Positions 37,492 to 47,796 of a DNA stretch of 64,000 nucleotides are shown piece by piece. Where the stretch lies: IMG/VR virus record IMGVR_UViG_3300036770_007539, positions 62,001 to 126,000 of that record; one strand, written 5' to 3'. A program made the position numbers and the translations under genes. Position 1 is the stretch's first letter, and each line of letters begins with the position of its first letter. The notes under the pieces were generated by a model that did no database searches, was not told the origin of the DNA, and worked only from the letters and a program-made list of their open reading frames with translations.

Positions 37492-38799
37492 TTAAAGCAA
37501 TTTAATTGCCTCATTAGCGAGTTCGGATCTTTCTCCTTTGACTAGAGAAATGTGTCCTGCCAATTTAGATTCTTTAAATGCTTCTACTATTTTGCTAATG
37601 GTATTATTCATGGCATCTAAATTATTAACGTCTATTTGTTCAATATCTCCAGTACAAACAATTTTGCTACCAGTTCCAAGTCTAGTTAGCAATGTTTTGG
37701 CTGCATTAGATGGTAAGTTTTGAGCCTCATCGATAATAATTAATGCGTTGGCTAAACTTCTTCCACGAGCATAAGCTAAAACATCTAGCTCTATTTTATC
37801 CTTTTTAATAAAATATTCTAAATTATCTCTCCAAGTTAAAGAATTCTTTTTATCTTTTCCACCGCTATTGCTTGCTAATAGTGCTTCAAAAGAATCAAAT
37901 ATGGCTTGGAAATATGGTTCCATCTTTTCATATTTATTGCCTGGCATATAACCCAAGTCTTTACCAATGGTCTCTACAGGGCGATAAATAATTAATTTAT
38001 CATATTTTTGTTTTTCTAAAACCAATTCTAAAGCCGAGGCAAGGGTGAGCAATGTTTTACCAGATCCTGCTTGCCCCATTACTGTTACTAGTGGGATACT
38101 GCTATCCATTAATAAATCTAATAAGCAAGTTTGTTCGTTGCTTCTGGGATTTATTCCCCAAGCACTTTGTTTTTTTACTAATTTCACCTTATCATCAGAT
38201 ACTTTTCGTGCAAGCGCTAATTCATAGCCACTATCATCAATGAATAAGGCAAATTGATGCGGTAATAGTTTAATATTATAGCATTTTGGATTAAAAAAGC
38301 TATTTTCCATTAAATCCTGATAGGCATCTGGATGATTTATTTCTGTAATTCCTGAATAAAATTCATTAGTTTTTGTTAATTTATCTTCATATTCTTCTGC
38401 TTGAATTCCTAAAGCTTTTGCTCTAATTCTTAAGTTAATATCTTTAGATAAAAGAGTGGGTATGCTTTTACCTTTTTTATATTTTAATGCGCAGGCTAAT
38501 ATTTTATTATCACCGTAAGATGGATCTTTTCCAATAACATCTTGATCTAAAACATCAACTTTTAAAATTGATTTAGAAGGAAGAGTAATGCCATCAGCTA
38601 AATTTTCATTTTCAGAAAGTTTATCTATTTTTTTAATGAGCATTCTGGCATTTTTGCCGATCTCATCTCTATATGATTTTAGCTTATCTAATTCTTCTAA
38701 TACTGTAATCGGCAAAACTAATATCGAATTTTTAATTTCAGTTAAACATCCGGGAAAGTTGACAAGGATAGAGGTATCTAGTATATATGTTTTTTTCAT
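37492..38799 (-). CDS. phoH: PIN-PhoH (PhoH2-type) ATPase/RNase
   Basis: YILDTS, VLEELD, DNKIL, SKDINLR PIN domain; GQAGSGKT, RGRS, IIDEAQN, GDIEQID. Confidence 0.93.
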   Translation of the reverse strand: MKKTYILDTSILVNFPGCLTEIKNSILVLPITVLEELDKLKSYRDEIGKNARMLIKKIDKLSENENLADGITLPSKSILKVDVLDQDVIGKDPSYGDNKILACALKYKKGKSIPTLLSKDINLRIRAKALGIQAEEYEDKLTKTNEFYSGITEINHPDAYQDLMENSFFNPKCYNIKLLPHQFALFIDDSGYELALARKVSDDKVKLVKKQSAWGINPRSNEQTCLLDLLMDSSIPLVTVMGQAGSGKTLLTLASALELVLEKQKYDKLIIYRPVETIGKDLGYMPGNKYEKMEPYFQAIFDSFEALLASNSGGKDKKNSLTWRDNLEYFIKKDKIELDVLAYARGRSLANALIIIDEAQNLPSNAAKTLLTRLGTGSKIVCTGDIEQIDVNNLDAMNNTISKIVEAFKESKLAGHISLVKGERSELANEAIKLL

Positions 38800-38951
38800 T
38801 TATCTTTTAGCCGTTTTGAGAGTTAAAATTCCAGATTTAAAAAGACTATTATTATAGTATTTTTATTAGATGATCTGTAACTCCTTTTAGGTTATAGGTA
38901 GATTTAACAGCTCTTAACATTATATATAAATATTATCAGGAAGGCTTCAGA

Positions 38952-40706
38952 ATGATTGAATTTAAGAATGGCAGTTTTGTCCCCAGACAAGATTTAAAGC
39001 CTTATATCACTAATAACATGGCGAGAAGTGTTTCGCAATACCGCCGAGCTGCACTTGAAGAAGAATTAAATAAAGGATTGTTTTCTGAAAAAGGTGCAAC
39101 AAAATCCACTGATATAAATTCAAATTCTTATTTAAGTGGAATATCTACGGGCTTTTCAAAAAAAGCCTCTAATTATGATTCTTCATCTGTTGGCGGTGCA
39201 GGGGCAAACTGGAGAGGTAGCGGAGGAGTTCTTCATCAAGTTAGCGAAGTTTATTCACCATTATGGCTATATAGCAACCTAAGTCTTCCAAGAGATCGCG
39301 CAACTATTAATGCTTGGAGCCGTGCGTTCTTTGCTTTAAATCCATTCGTTCATAATGCTTGTACCTTGCATTCTACTTATCCTGTTGCAAAATTAAGTAT
39401 TAAATGTAAAAATCCAAAAGTAGAAAAATTCTTTGCAGAAATGATTGAAGAAATAAATTTAATGGATATGATTGTGCAGATTGCTCAAGAATATTGGATT
39501 TTAGGAGAGGCAATTGTATACGCAGAATTAGATAAAGATAAGGGAAAGTGGAGCAGATTAATCATTCAAAATCCTGATTATGTGGTCATACAAAATTCTT
39601 TAGGAGGAGATCCAGTAATTAGTTTACGACCAGATGAACTTTTAAAGAAAATTGTAAATGGCAATTCGCCAGCAGAGGTGATGCAAAGGTCAAAATTAGA
39701 TCCAGCTATAGTAGACCGAGTAAGAAAAGGAGAAAATATTCCTTTAGATAATTTTAATTGTTCTCATTTAGCAAGAAGAATTTCCCCTTATGAAGTTAGG
39801 GGTACTGGATTAATTGTTCCTGCCTTTAAGGCATTAATGTTATTTGATCAATTTAGAGAGGCTAAATACACTCAAGCAGTATCAATGGTTAATCCATTAA
39901 CTTTGGTTAAAATTGGAAGTGCAGAATTTAAACCTTCTCCAGAAGATATTGCTTCTTACAGAGATATTTGGGAAGCTGCCGAGGCGGATAGAAATTTTAA
40001 AATTTTTACTCACCAAGATGTTGCAGTGGAAAAAATAGGAAGCAACAGTGGAATTCTAGATGATTCTGGGGTTGTCACACAACTAGTAAAAGAAATATTT
40101 ACTGCATTAATGGTTCCTTCTGTTATTATGGACGGCGGAAGTGATACTACTTATGCAAACGGATCGGTTGGATTGGATGTCTTGCGTCAAAGATATATGC
40201 AATTTAGAAACATGTTAACTAATTGGTTGAGAAGAAAGATTTTTGCTCCTATTAGTATTATCAATGATTTTTATGATTATGAAAATGAAGAAAAGAAATT
40301 AATTGTTCCAGAAATTGACTGGAACCATATGAGTATGTTTGACATGGGTGATTACATTCAAAATCTAATGAATATGACACAAGATCCAAACACTAAAAAA
40401 GCTAGTTATCAGACTTTGTATCGATCTTTAGGGCTGGACTATGAAGATGAGCAAAGAAGAATTCGTCAAGAGGCAATATCTGATGCAATTTTAGCAAAAG
40501 AAAAAGTTTCATTAGAAAAAATGTCTTTAAATGAACTGCGGGCTCTTGGACCATCTGATGAAATTCCAGAAGTTCCAGAAAATCCATTACCAGGAGAAGA
40601 CCCCACTACTGGTGGTGGTGGCGCAGCTCCAGGTGGAGAGCCCCCACCAGGGGAATTGCCTGGAGTTCCACCACCACCAGCACCTCCAGAAGCTCCTCCA
40701 GGATGA
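38952..40706 (+). CDS. portal protein
   Basis: 584 aa near terL; EYWILGEA, HLARRISPYEVRGTGLI, helical core, Pro/Gly tail. Confidence 0.8.
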   Translation: MIEFKNGSFVPRQDLKPYITNNMARSVSQYRRAALEEELNKGLFSEKGATKSTDINSNSYLSGISTGFSKKASNYDSSSVGGAGANWRGSGGVLHQVSEVYSPLWLYSNLSLPRDRATINAWSRAFFALNPFVHNACTLHSTYPVAKLSIKCKNPKVEKFFAEMIEEINLMDMIVQIAQEYWILGEAIVYAELDKDKGKWSRLIIQNPDYVVIQNSLGGDPVISLRPDELLKKIVNGNSPAEVMQRSKLDPAIVDRVRKGENIPLDNFNCSHLARRISPYEVRGTGLIVPAFKALMLFDQFREAKYTQAVSMVNPLTLVKIGSAEFKPSPEDIASYRDIWEAAEADRNFKIFTHQDVAVEKIGSNSGILDDSGVVTQLVKEIFTALMVPSVIMDGGSDTTYANGSVGLDVLRQRYMQFRNMLTNWLRRKIFAPISIINDFYDYENEEKKLIVPEIDWNHMSMFDMGDYIQNLMNMTQDPNTKKASYQTLYRSLGLDYEDEQRRIRQEAISDAILAKEKVSLEKMSLNELRALGPSDEIPEVPENPLPGEDPTTGGGGAAPGGEPPPGELPGVPPPPAPPEAPPG

Positions 40707-40764
40707 TGGAATAAATTGATATAGATGGTAGTTAATATTTTATTTTTTAATAATTTAGGATGAA

Positions 40765-43101
40765 ATGATGAATGATGATATCATTATTGTAACTGCAGCT
40801 GGCGCCGGAACTTGGCTTAGAGAAAGATTTACTCCTAAAGGCATTCAGCGCTGGTTAACAGAATCGGCAGTATCCGAATACGCTCATAAAATGGACATTT
40901 TACGAGAAGTAGATGACCGCATTTATGAATGGGCAAAAGATCTTTCTGTATATATTGATCTTATGGAAAAAGCTTATGAATCAAATAGGCTTGCAGATCT
41001 TGCGTCTTTAGGCGTTTCTATTAAAAGAACATTAAAAGGAATTTCTTCAGAGATTTCTAAAGTTGAAAAATTAGTTGGAATTTCAGAAGAATCTGAAAAA
41101 GAATTTCTAAGACAGCGGCAACCAGAAATTCCATTTACTACCAAGTTAAAAACTAGATTTTATGAACCCACAGATAGATTCGATCTGTCTAGGGAAGAAA
41201 TTGCTAGAGAGATGCAAAACAGAGCATCTTCAAAAGAAGATCAGTTATTAAAAGAGGCTGGTGTTTTTGATTTTCTAGATGATTGGACTCGTTCCTGGGT
41301 AGCTAAAAAATTAAGAACAGAAAAAGGAAAGCAAAGAGATCGTGCATTAAAATCTTTTTTTAGAACTTCTAAACTTATAATAAATAACTTAAAAAGAGTT
41401 ACTGATAATTTACATAAGTTAAGAGCCCAGGGAGAAATTGGATCTTATCTTGATTCTTTAAAGAAAGTTGAAAGACTTCAAAAAGATTTTCTATATGGTA
41501 GCGGAAAAGAATCTTCGGATAAAACCGAAGAGGGATTTTATTATGTTTATGACACGTATCTTAAAGACATTATAGAAGATTCAATAAGCGCCCCAACAGG
41601 CGGTTCAGGACCGGCTGCCGGTCCTGCTCCTGGGTCTTCTCCCAGCCCTGCTCTTGGTCCTGGTCCTACTCCTCCAGCTCTTGTTCCTGGACCCGCTAGC
41701 ATTGTTTCCCAACCTACTAATCCTATTACTAGCCCAGGCTCACCTGGAACTTTATCTCCGCCGCCTGTGGATCTTGGAACTTTAGGTTTATCACAATCAG
41801 GTGAGAGGGTGCCTGCGGTAAGTGTTACGATTGAGCAAGACGAAGCTCAAAGAGCAGGCAATGATGCACTTCAAGAAATTCAAGATGTTCATAGAGCCCT
41901 TGAATCTGGTGATTCAGAAAAAGCTCAAGAAGAACTTCAGGAATTAACTACCGCAGTTCAAAGAACTTCTATTGAGGCTTTTCAAGCCGGCTCTGCGGTA
42001 GGAGAAAATGTCGGTTCTCCTGAACCTGCTGCGAAGGCTAAGGCAAAATCTGAAAAAAAAGTCAAAAAAACAACAGAACAACCAACTTCAGCTGCAGTCC
42101 CCGCTGGAACTCAAGCTACCGGTGAAACTCCAGAAGAGAGAGACGCTCGACTCAAGAGTCTAATACTAGCACGTTTGAAATCATTTCGTGAAAATGAGGA
42201 AAGTGCGCCTCTTGCGTCGTCAACACCTACCGAGACTGAAGTTACCGAAACTGCTACTGGGTCTGCTGCTGAATCTTCTGCTGCTACTGAATCAGCAAAA
42301 GAGTCCAAGTCCCCAGCTTCTGCCACTGAAACAGCTGCTGCCGAAGGTGGCAAAACATTAATAATAAATCCGCCATTCAAAGCACCAGGAGAAGGAAAAA
42401 CTGCTACCGCTAAAAAAGCGATAACCGCTGCCGAACTTGTTCTTCAAATAAATTTGTCGGACATAAGCGCAGCTGATCTTCAAGGTCATAAAGATTATTT
42501 ACTTGAATTAGGAAGCGCTTTAAATAGTTCATATGACAACATTCTACCGGGACAATTTACTAACTCCATTAGGTCCAAATTACAAAAATTATATAATTTA
42601 ATTCAAGAAAGAAGCAGCGATCTTGAAAAGATTTTGGCACCCGAAGAGTCTTCGGCTCCAGCCTCCACCGCTGAGCCCGCCGCTGTCGAAGGCGAGGCGG
42701 CGCCAATAAATCCGTCAATCGGAACAGAACCAGATGGACCGATAAAAGCTGCCGAACTTGTTCTTAAAACAAATTTATCGGACATTGGTGCAGCTGATCG
42801 TCAAAGTCATAAAAATTATTTATTTGAACTAGAGGGCAAATTAAAAAAACCAATTCCTGGAGTAGAACGCAAACAGCAATTAGATTTATTTAATAAAATT
42901 AAATCAAGAAGATCAACTCTTGTAACGCTTTTAGCATCGGCGAGTTCAAAAGATTTCAATTTTTTAACAAAACTTGCCAGTGCCTCTAATAAATATCAGG
43001 CTGCTCAATATTTGTTAAGCTATTCTCAGCAATTAGAAGATATTGATTTGAATAAAAGCCTTAAACTTTTAGCTCTTGCCGAGGGATTGTTAGATGATTG
43101 A
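40765..43101 (+). CDS. large low-complexity virion/internal protein
   Basis: P/A/S/T-rich linkers; internal 29-aa duplication; VTAA, KEAG, KLAS motifs. Confidence 0.7.
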   Translation: MMNDDIIIVTAAGAGTWLRERFTPKGIQRWLTESAVSEYAHKMDILREVDDRIYEWAKDLSVYIDLMEKAYESNRLADLASLGVSIKRTLKGISSEISKVEKLVGISEESEKEFLRQRQPEIPFTTKLKTRFYEPTDRFDLSREEIAREMQNRASSKEDQLLKEAGVFDFLDDWTRSWVAKKLRTEKGKQRDRALKSFFRTSKLIINNLKRVTDNLHKLRAQGEIGSYLDSLKKVERLQKDFLYGSGKESSDKTEEGFYYVYDTYLKDIIEDSISAPTGGSGPAAGPAPGSSPSPALGPGPTPPALVPGPASIVSQPTNPITSPGSPGTLSPPPVDLGTLGLSQSGERVPAVSVTIEQDEAQRAGNDALQEIQDVHRALESGDSEKAQEELQELTTAVQRTSIEAFQAGSAVGENVGSPEPAAKAKAKSEKKVKKTTEQPTSAAVPAGTQATGETPEERDARLKSLILARLKSFRENEESAPLASSTPTETEVTETATGSAAESSAATESAKESKSPASATETAAAEGGKTLIINPPFKAPGEGKTATAKKAITAAELVLQINLSDISAADLQGHKDYLLELGSALNSSYDNILPGQFTNSIRSKLQKLYNLIQERSSDLEKILAPEESSAPASTAEPAAVEGEAAPINPSIGTEPDGPIKAAELVLKTNLSDIGAADRQSHKNYLFELEGKLKKPIPGVERKQQLDLFNKIKSRRSTLVTLLASASSKDFNFLTKLASASNKYQAAQYLLSYSQQLEDIDLNKSLKLLALAEGLLDD
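42427..42834 (+). repeat. two copies of AAELVL.(I/T)NLSDI.AAD.Q.HK.YL.EL (42427-42513; 42748-42834)
   Basis: Similar at both DNA and protein level. Confidence 0.85.
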
Positions 43102-45052
43102 GATGGTAAAAATTGCCAGCAGCCAGTTAACTCGAACACCTGACTATCAAGTAGTTAAGGTTGCTGGAATTTTACGTAGATTGAAAAATTGGATTAAATC
43201 TAAATTTGACCAAGAGTTTCAAAACAAAGTAACTGAATTAGAAAAGGACTCAGCGGTCCACTCTCAAACTCTTAAAGAATTACAAGAACAAATTTTAAAA
43301 GTCCAAGAAGCAATTCAAGATAAAGAGCTTGACGAATATAAAAAAGAATTAACATCTTTAAAAAAATTACTTGCCAGAGCTTTTAAAAATACATCTTCTT
43401 CTTTGACTGCGGTCTCAGAATTATCTAATGAAATTCAATCAAGATTTACATCAGACCTAGCTAAAGACACAGATTATGTCGATAAAGTAAAAAAATGGTT
43501 AAAGGAAGATCAAAAATTTGATCTTCCTTTAAATGAATCTATTAATATTTCATTTAAAGATGTAAAATTTTATTCAGGATTGATTCCTGATAGAATTAAA
43601 AATTTTACCGAATCCAATTGGGAAAGAGGCATTTTTCCATCTTTTAAAAAAGAAAATATTAATGTTGCAAATGTAAATAAAGAAAAACTTCAAGACAACA
43701 TAAAAGCCGCAATTGTCAATGGAACAATTACAAAAGTTGAATTGCAAATGCCAGGACCTTCCGATCGTACTAATGCTCCCGCTACAGGGGTTTTAAATTT
43801 AAGTGTAGAATCTGATTTTTATAAAATTCCAGGAACTGATTATTTTGTCAAAACAAATTTTAAAATTAGAGATACTTCTCCTGGAAAATTCATTAAAAAC
43901 CCAGAAATGTCAGTGTTTATGGTGGGCAATACCACACTAGCGCCTCCATCAGAGCCTCCGGCAAAAGTAACTGCCTCTGATAGAATTTCAATATTAAAAA
44001 ACTTTGAAAATAATTATAGAATAAATTTATATAACTCCTTTATAAGGAGTGCGCAAGCAAATTTAGTTCCTGATGAAATTACCGAGCTTTCAGATTCTCA
44101 ACTTGCTAAGGTAATGGAAAAAGGATATATTAAAAATAACGGTAAAGATCCTATTTTGCCAGTTTTAGCTTTTGGTTGGGCGCAAGCAGCTCATGAATCA
44201 GGAAGAAATCCTACAAGATTACACGGCAATAATATTGGTAATATTATTGCCGACTCGAAATGGATTGAATCTGGAAAGCCATTTTTTATTAAAGGTCACA
44301 GAGATTTTTCTGCGGAAGGTGAGCTTCAAGAAATTAAAGAAACCAAATGGAAGGCATTTTCCACTCCAGAAGAAGGGGCTGCCGAATACTGGGGTTTGTT
44401 AAATAGAAAATATCCAAACACTTTAAAATGGGCGGCAGGAGGGGACCCTCAAAGTGCAGTTATTGATTTAGCTACTGGATATAAATATCAGTATTATACT
44501 GGAGAAATTGATAAATATTCTTCAAGCATAAAGTCATTGTATAATACTTTTATGAAAAATTTAGCACATAATTTTCCTCATTTGTCTAAGGAGACTATAC
44601 AATTAGATGAGAGTCCATTAGAAATTAAAAAATGGAGAGCTGAATATGAAACGGAAAAAAAATCTTTTGCTTTGACGGCGCTAATAAAAGAAGCTCTTGA
44701 TAAGAAAAGCAATCAAAGATCTGATGTTTTAATAAAAATAGAAGGCAGTGATTTAACAGACAATTTAGAATATGCTTCAAATTTATCATTTTTAATTCAA
44801 GATTATTTAAATGGCACAACAAAAATAAAAGAAAAAGATAATAAATTATACATTGAAGCATACTCTTATTGTGGTCAGAATTTTAAACATGGAATAGATG
44901 AACTATCAGAACTTTTATCTAAAGAAATTAATAAAAAAATTAATAAAAATGTCTATGCAATTTCAGCTGAAAATATTATAAGTTTTGCCGAAGAAATTAA
45001 CAATGAAACTTTATCCTCTAACCACAGAAAATTTATTATAAGGTACTCATGA
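43094..45052 (+). CDS. virion protein with GH73/FlgJ-like muramidase domain
   Basis: WAQAAHESG...GNNIGNI...WKAFSTPEEGAAEYWGLL..KY...YYT. Confidence 0.7.
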   Translation: MIEMVKIASSQLTRTPDYQVVKVAGILRRLKNWIKSKFDQEFQNKVTELEKDSAVHSQTLKELQEQILKVQEAIQDKELDEYKKELTSLKKLLARAFKNTSSSLTAVSELSNEIQSRFTSDLAKDTDYVDKVKKWLKEDQKFDLPLNESINISFKDVKFYSGLIPDRIKNFTESNWERGIFPSFKKENINVANVNKEKLQDNIKAAIVNGTITKVELQMPGPSDRTNAPATGVLNLSVESDFYKIPGTDYFVKTNFKIRDTSPGKFIKNPEMSVFMVGNTTLAPPSEPPAKVTASDRISILKNFENNYRINLYNSFIRSAQANLVPDEITELSDSQLAKVMEKGYIKNNGKDPILPVLAFGWAQAAHESGRNPTRLHGNNIGNIIADSKWIESGKPFFIKGHRDFSAEGELQEIKETKWKAFSTPEEGAAEYWGLLNRKYPNTLKWAAGGDPQSAVIDLATGYKYQYYTGEIDKYSSSIKSLYNTFMKNLAHNFPHLSKETIQLDESPLEIKKWRAEYETEKKSFALTALIKEALDKKSNQRSDVLIKIEGSDLTDNLEYASNLSFLIQDYLNGTTKIKEKDNKLYIEAYSYCGQNFKHGIDELSELLSKEINKKINKNVYAISAENIISFAEEINNETLSSNHRKFIIRYS

Positions 45053-45381
45053 GTGAAGAAGTAAAATTACATCCATATGCTGCGGCTATTCTCCACTATT
45101 TAAAAGGTAAAAAAATAGAAGTTAACAGCGGAGACGTGAAAACTATTTTCAAATTTGCAGAATCGGATGTAAACCAAAAAAATGTTATCAGAGGCACCTT
45201 AGAAGATGCCATGGGTGATGCGCTAATAGTTTCCATAGAAAAAAATAAAAAAAATACTAGAATTTTTCTAAATGTATGGTCAATTAAATCTATTCTTCCA
45301 ATAGAAGAAGATTTATTTGTAAAAGATGTTTACGAAGATGAGTATGAAGGCTTTGCTAAAAATAAAAATAAAAAATTATGA
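45049..45381 (+). CDS. possible Sm/LSm-fold protein
   Basis: LKGKKIEV...IRGTLEDAMGDALIV...IFLNVWSIKSI. Confidence 0.5.
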   Translation: MSEEVKLHPYAAAILHYLKGKKIEVNSGDVKTIFKFAESDVNQKNVIRGTLEDAMGDALIVSIEKNKKNTRIFLNVWSIKSILPIEEDLFVKDVYEDEYEGFAKNKNKKL

Positions 45382-45803
45382 TTAAAAATGCTTACATAAA
45401 AAAAATAGATGAAAAAACCTGGAGAGTTTATTCTCAAAAGGGTAAAAATTTAGGAACCTTTAAATCTTTAAAGGCTGCAAAAGATCATTTGCAAGAAGTA
45501 GAATTCTTTAAAAATAAAGATCTAAACAAAAATGCACGTTCTGATTTCTATCAAAAAATTATTGAAGCAAAAGAGCACAACCACAAGCACCACAAGCACC
45601 ACAAGCACGATGAAGAAAGTACTTACTCTGCTCTTTTAAGAAAAATTAATAAAGAAAATCCGGAAAACATTAAAAAAGTAATGTCTAATTTTAAAAAAAT
45701 TTTTGAAAATGCTTTAAAAGATGAGACGCCATTGGATGAAATTGAAAAAGTTTGTTTATTAGAATTGCAGGCTAAAAACAAATCAAAGGTTGAAGATGAA
45801 TAA
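45378..45803 (+). CDS. hypothetical head-block protein with a His-rich repeat
   Basis: MIKNA|Y; WRVYSQKGKNLGTF...FFK; HNHKHHKHHKH. Confidence 0.7.
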   Translation: MIKNAYIKKIDEKTWRVYSQKGKNLGTFKSLKAAKDHLQEVEFFKNKDLNKNARSDFYQKIIEAKEHNHKHHKHHKHDEESTYSALLRKINKENPENIKKVMSNFKKIFENALKDETPLDEIEKVCLLELQAKNKSKVEDE

Positions 45804-46104
45804 AAGAATGTATAAACTGGCAGCGGCAACTATTGAAATGGGATCTCCCGAAACTGCAGGAAAGGGAATTGCTGATATTGTTAAATTTTTATTGACAAGA
45901 ATTTCTCCAGCAAGCAGACCCGAAGCTTACCGTAAAATGAGAGATAAAATTAAAGAATTAGATCCTATTACCATTTCTTCTAAAAAGACACCTGCTAGCT
46001 CATCTATGGGTCAATCTATTATGTTTATAAAAACTATTTTAATTGGTCACGATAGCAGGTATATTAAATCTGTATTAGAAAATATAATTAAAAATTTAAA
46101 TTAA
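45796..46104 (+). CDS. hypothetical head-block protein
   Basis: ATG 45796; MYKLA|A. Confidence 0.7.
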   Translation: MNKRMYKLAAATIEMGSPETAGKGIADIVKFLLTRISPASRPEAYRKMRDKIKELDPITISSKKTPASSSMGQSIMFIKTILIGHDSRYIKSVLENIIKNLN

Positions 46105-46105
46105 A

Positions 46106-46864
46106 ATGTTAAACTTTAACAGAAAACCTTTTTTTGAACAAATTTATCTTGGCTCTAATCCAAAAGAGATTCAAGATTTGCAAATATTAAAAAAATCAGG
46201 TATAAATTCTTTATTATTTTTAGATGCAAAAAGCAATTTAAATGAAGCTATTGATAAATATTTTGAAAATAATACGGTAATTCCAATTGATTTATCTAGT
46301 CAAGATGTTCTTAAATATTTAGAAAGAAACTTGAGATCCATTTTAACCAAGCAGCCAATTTATATTGCTTCTGATATAAAATCAAAGCTTGGATTGGTTA
46401 TTGGTATGTATAAAATATTAAAATTAAAAAATATAAAATTTGATAATTTATTACAAGAAATAACAAATTCTCCTATTATTAGATATGGTCAAGACAATGT
46501 TCCCCCTCAGATTATAAAAAGATGGAATGAATTTTTAAAAAATATGATTTCTCCATCAAAAAGTCCAGAAGAAGCCTTGGAAAAAGAACTAGAGGACAAA
46601 TTATCAATTCAAGATGGAAAACTAGATAATTTTAATATTAGACCTTTGTTATATAAAATATATGAAATAAATAATGAAAATTTACCTTCCTTTGCCCCAC
46701 ACGCTGATACGCCGATAATTTCTTCCGATCCTAGCTTAGAAATAGCATCAAATGAAAATTCATATGATACCATGCCTCAAATAGGTCAATACAGTAATTT
46801 AGGACCAATCAGAGGAGCCGGAGCAGTTGAAGGCGCAGGACCACTCAATATTTTTCAATACTAA
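46106..46864 (+). CDS. dual-specificity-phosphatase-like protein lacking the catalytic motif
   Basis: IYLGSNP..LQILKKSGINSLLFLD...PIYIASDIKSKLGLVIGMY where HCxxGxxR is expected. Confidence 0.5.
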   Translation: MLNFNRKPFFEQIYLGSNPKEIQDLQILKKSGINSLLFLDAKSNLNEAIDKYFENNTVIPIDLSSQDVLKYLERNLRSILTKQPIYIASDIKSKLGLVIGMYKILKLKNIKFDNLLQEITNSPIIRYGQDNVPPQIIKRWNEFLKNMISPSKSPEEALEKELEDKLSIQDGKLDNFNIRPLLYKIYEINNENLPSFAPHADTPIISSDPSLEIASNENSYDTMPQIGQYSNLGPIRGAGAVEGAGPLNIFQY

Positions 46865-46865
46865 T

Positions 46866-47597
46866 ATGATTGACAAGTTAGCAGCATCATTAGATATGTC
46901 TTTTAAAGTTCCAGATTCTGAAAAAAGAATCGCTCAAACATCTTTGAGGAACTTTTTAACTACCGTAAATGGTCTTTCCATTGCCAAAGACCATTTGGAT
47001 TTAATGTATGGTCCATTTAAGAAAGCTCAATCTATTTCAGTAGAGGCTTTGACAAAATTTAGGGGAAAGTTAAATAGATTTAAAAATCAAATGAAAAAAA
47101 ATTTTAAAAAAGTAAGAGAACATGCTTTTAATGCATTAAAAACTTTTAATTATTTTTCAACTGATACTCATTGTATAGAATTAATTAATGCTTTCAAAGA
47201 GTCAATGAATGATTTAATTCAATCGGTTATTAAGTTTATTGAAATTTTAAATGATTTTAAAGTAGATGACTTTAAAGATAAAGTTATTATTGCCATTGAT
47301 AATATCAAAAAAGAATCGGCTCAAATAGAATCTTTAATTAGAGATAGGATTATTGATCATATTAAAAAGAATATAATTGGAGAAAGTTGGATCACTAGCG
47401 ATAATAATGTTAAATCTTTGGAAGAAAAAGTTCCAATGGTTATAGAGATTTATAAAAAAATTAATGAGGGCAAAGATTTGAATGATCACGAAAGCTTTGT
47501 TCAAATTCAAAAAAAACCACAAAGTTTAAATTTCAGCGACTCTCAAAGAGTTTTGTATCCTCAAGATATGAGACAAGAAGGTCAGACCAGCACATAA
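46866..47597 (+). CDS. helical hypothetical head-block protein
   Basis: ATG 46866; MIDKLA|A. Confidence 0.7.
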   Translation: MIDKLAASLDMSFKVPDSEKRIAQTSLRNFLTTVNGLSIAKDHLDLMYGPFKKAQSISVEALTKFRGKLNRFKNQMKKNFKKVREHAFNALKTFNYFSTDTHCIELINAFKESMNDLIQSVIKFIEILNDFKVDDFKDKVIIAIDNIKKESAQIESLIRDRIIDHIKKNIIGESWITSDNNVKSLEEKVPMVIEIYKKINEGKDLNDHESFVQIQKKPQSLNFSDSQRVLYPQDMRQEGQTST

Positions 47598-47604
47598 GGA
47601 TTTT

Positions 47605-47739
47605 ATGGGATTCATCAAAATAGGCGATGCAACGCCAATTTTAAAAGTGTTAAGCGAAGAAGAACTTAAACAAGAAAAAAATAAAATTAAAAAAGAAAAT
47701 CAAGAAAATATTAATTCAGATAATAGCAATAAAAAATAA
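47605..47739 (+). CDS. small 44-aa ORF (MGFIKIGDATPI...)
   Basis: AAGGA RBS; ATG 47605 to TAA 47739; not in ORF track. Confidence 0.55.
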   Translation: MGFIKIGDATPILKVLSEEELKQEKNKIKKENQENINSDNSNKK

Positions 47740-47796
47740 CACATGCTATTAAGCTGACATATTGAAGTGAAGTTTTTATGGATAAAAGGATTGTAA

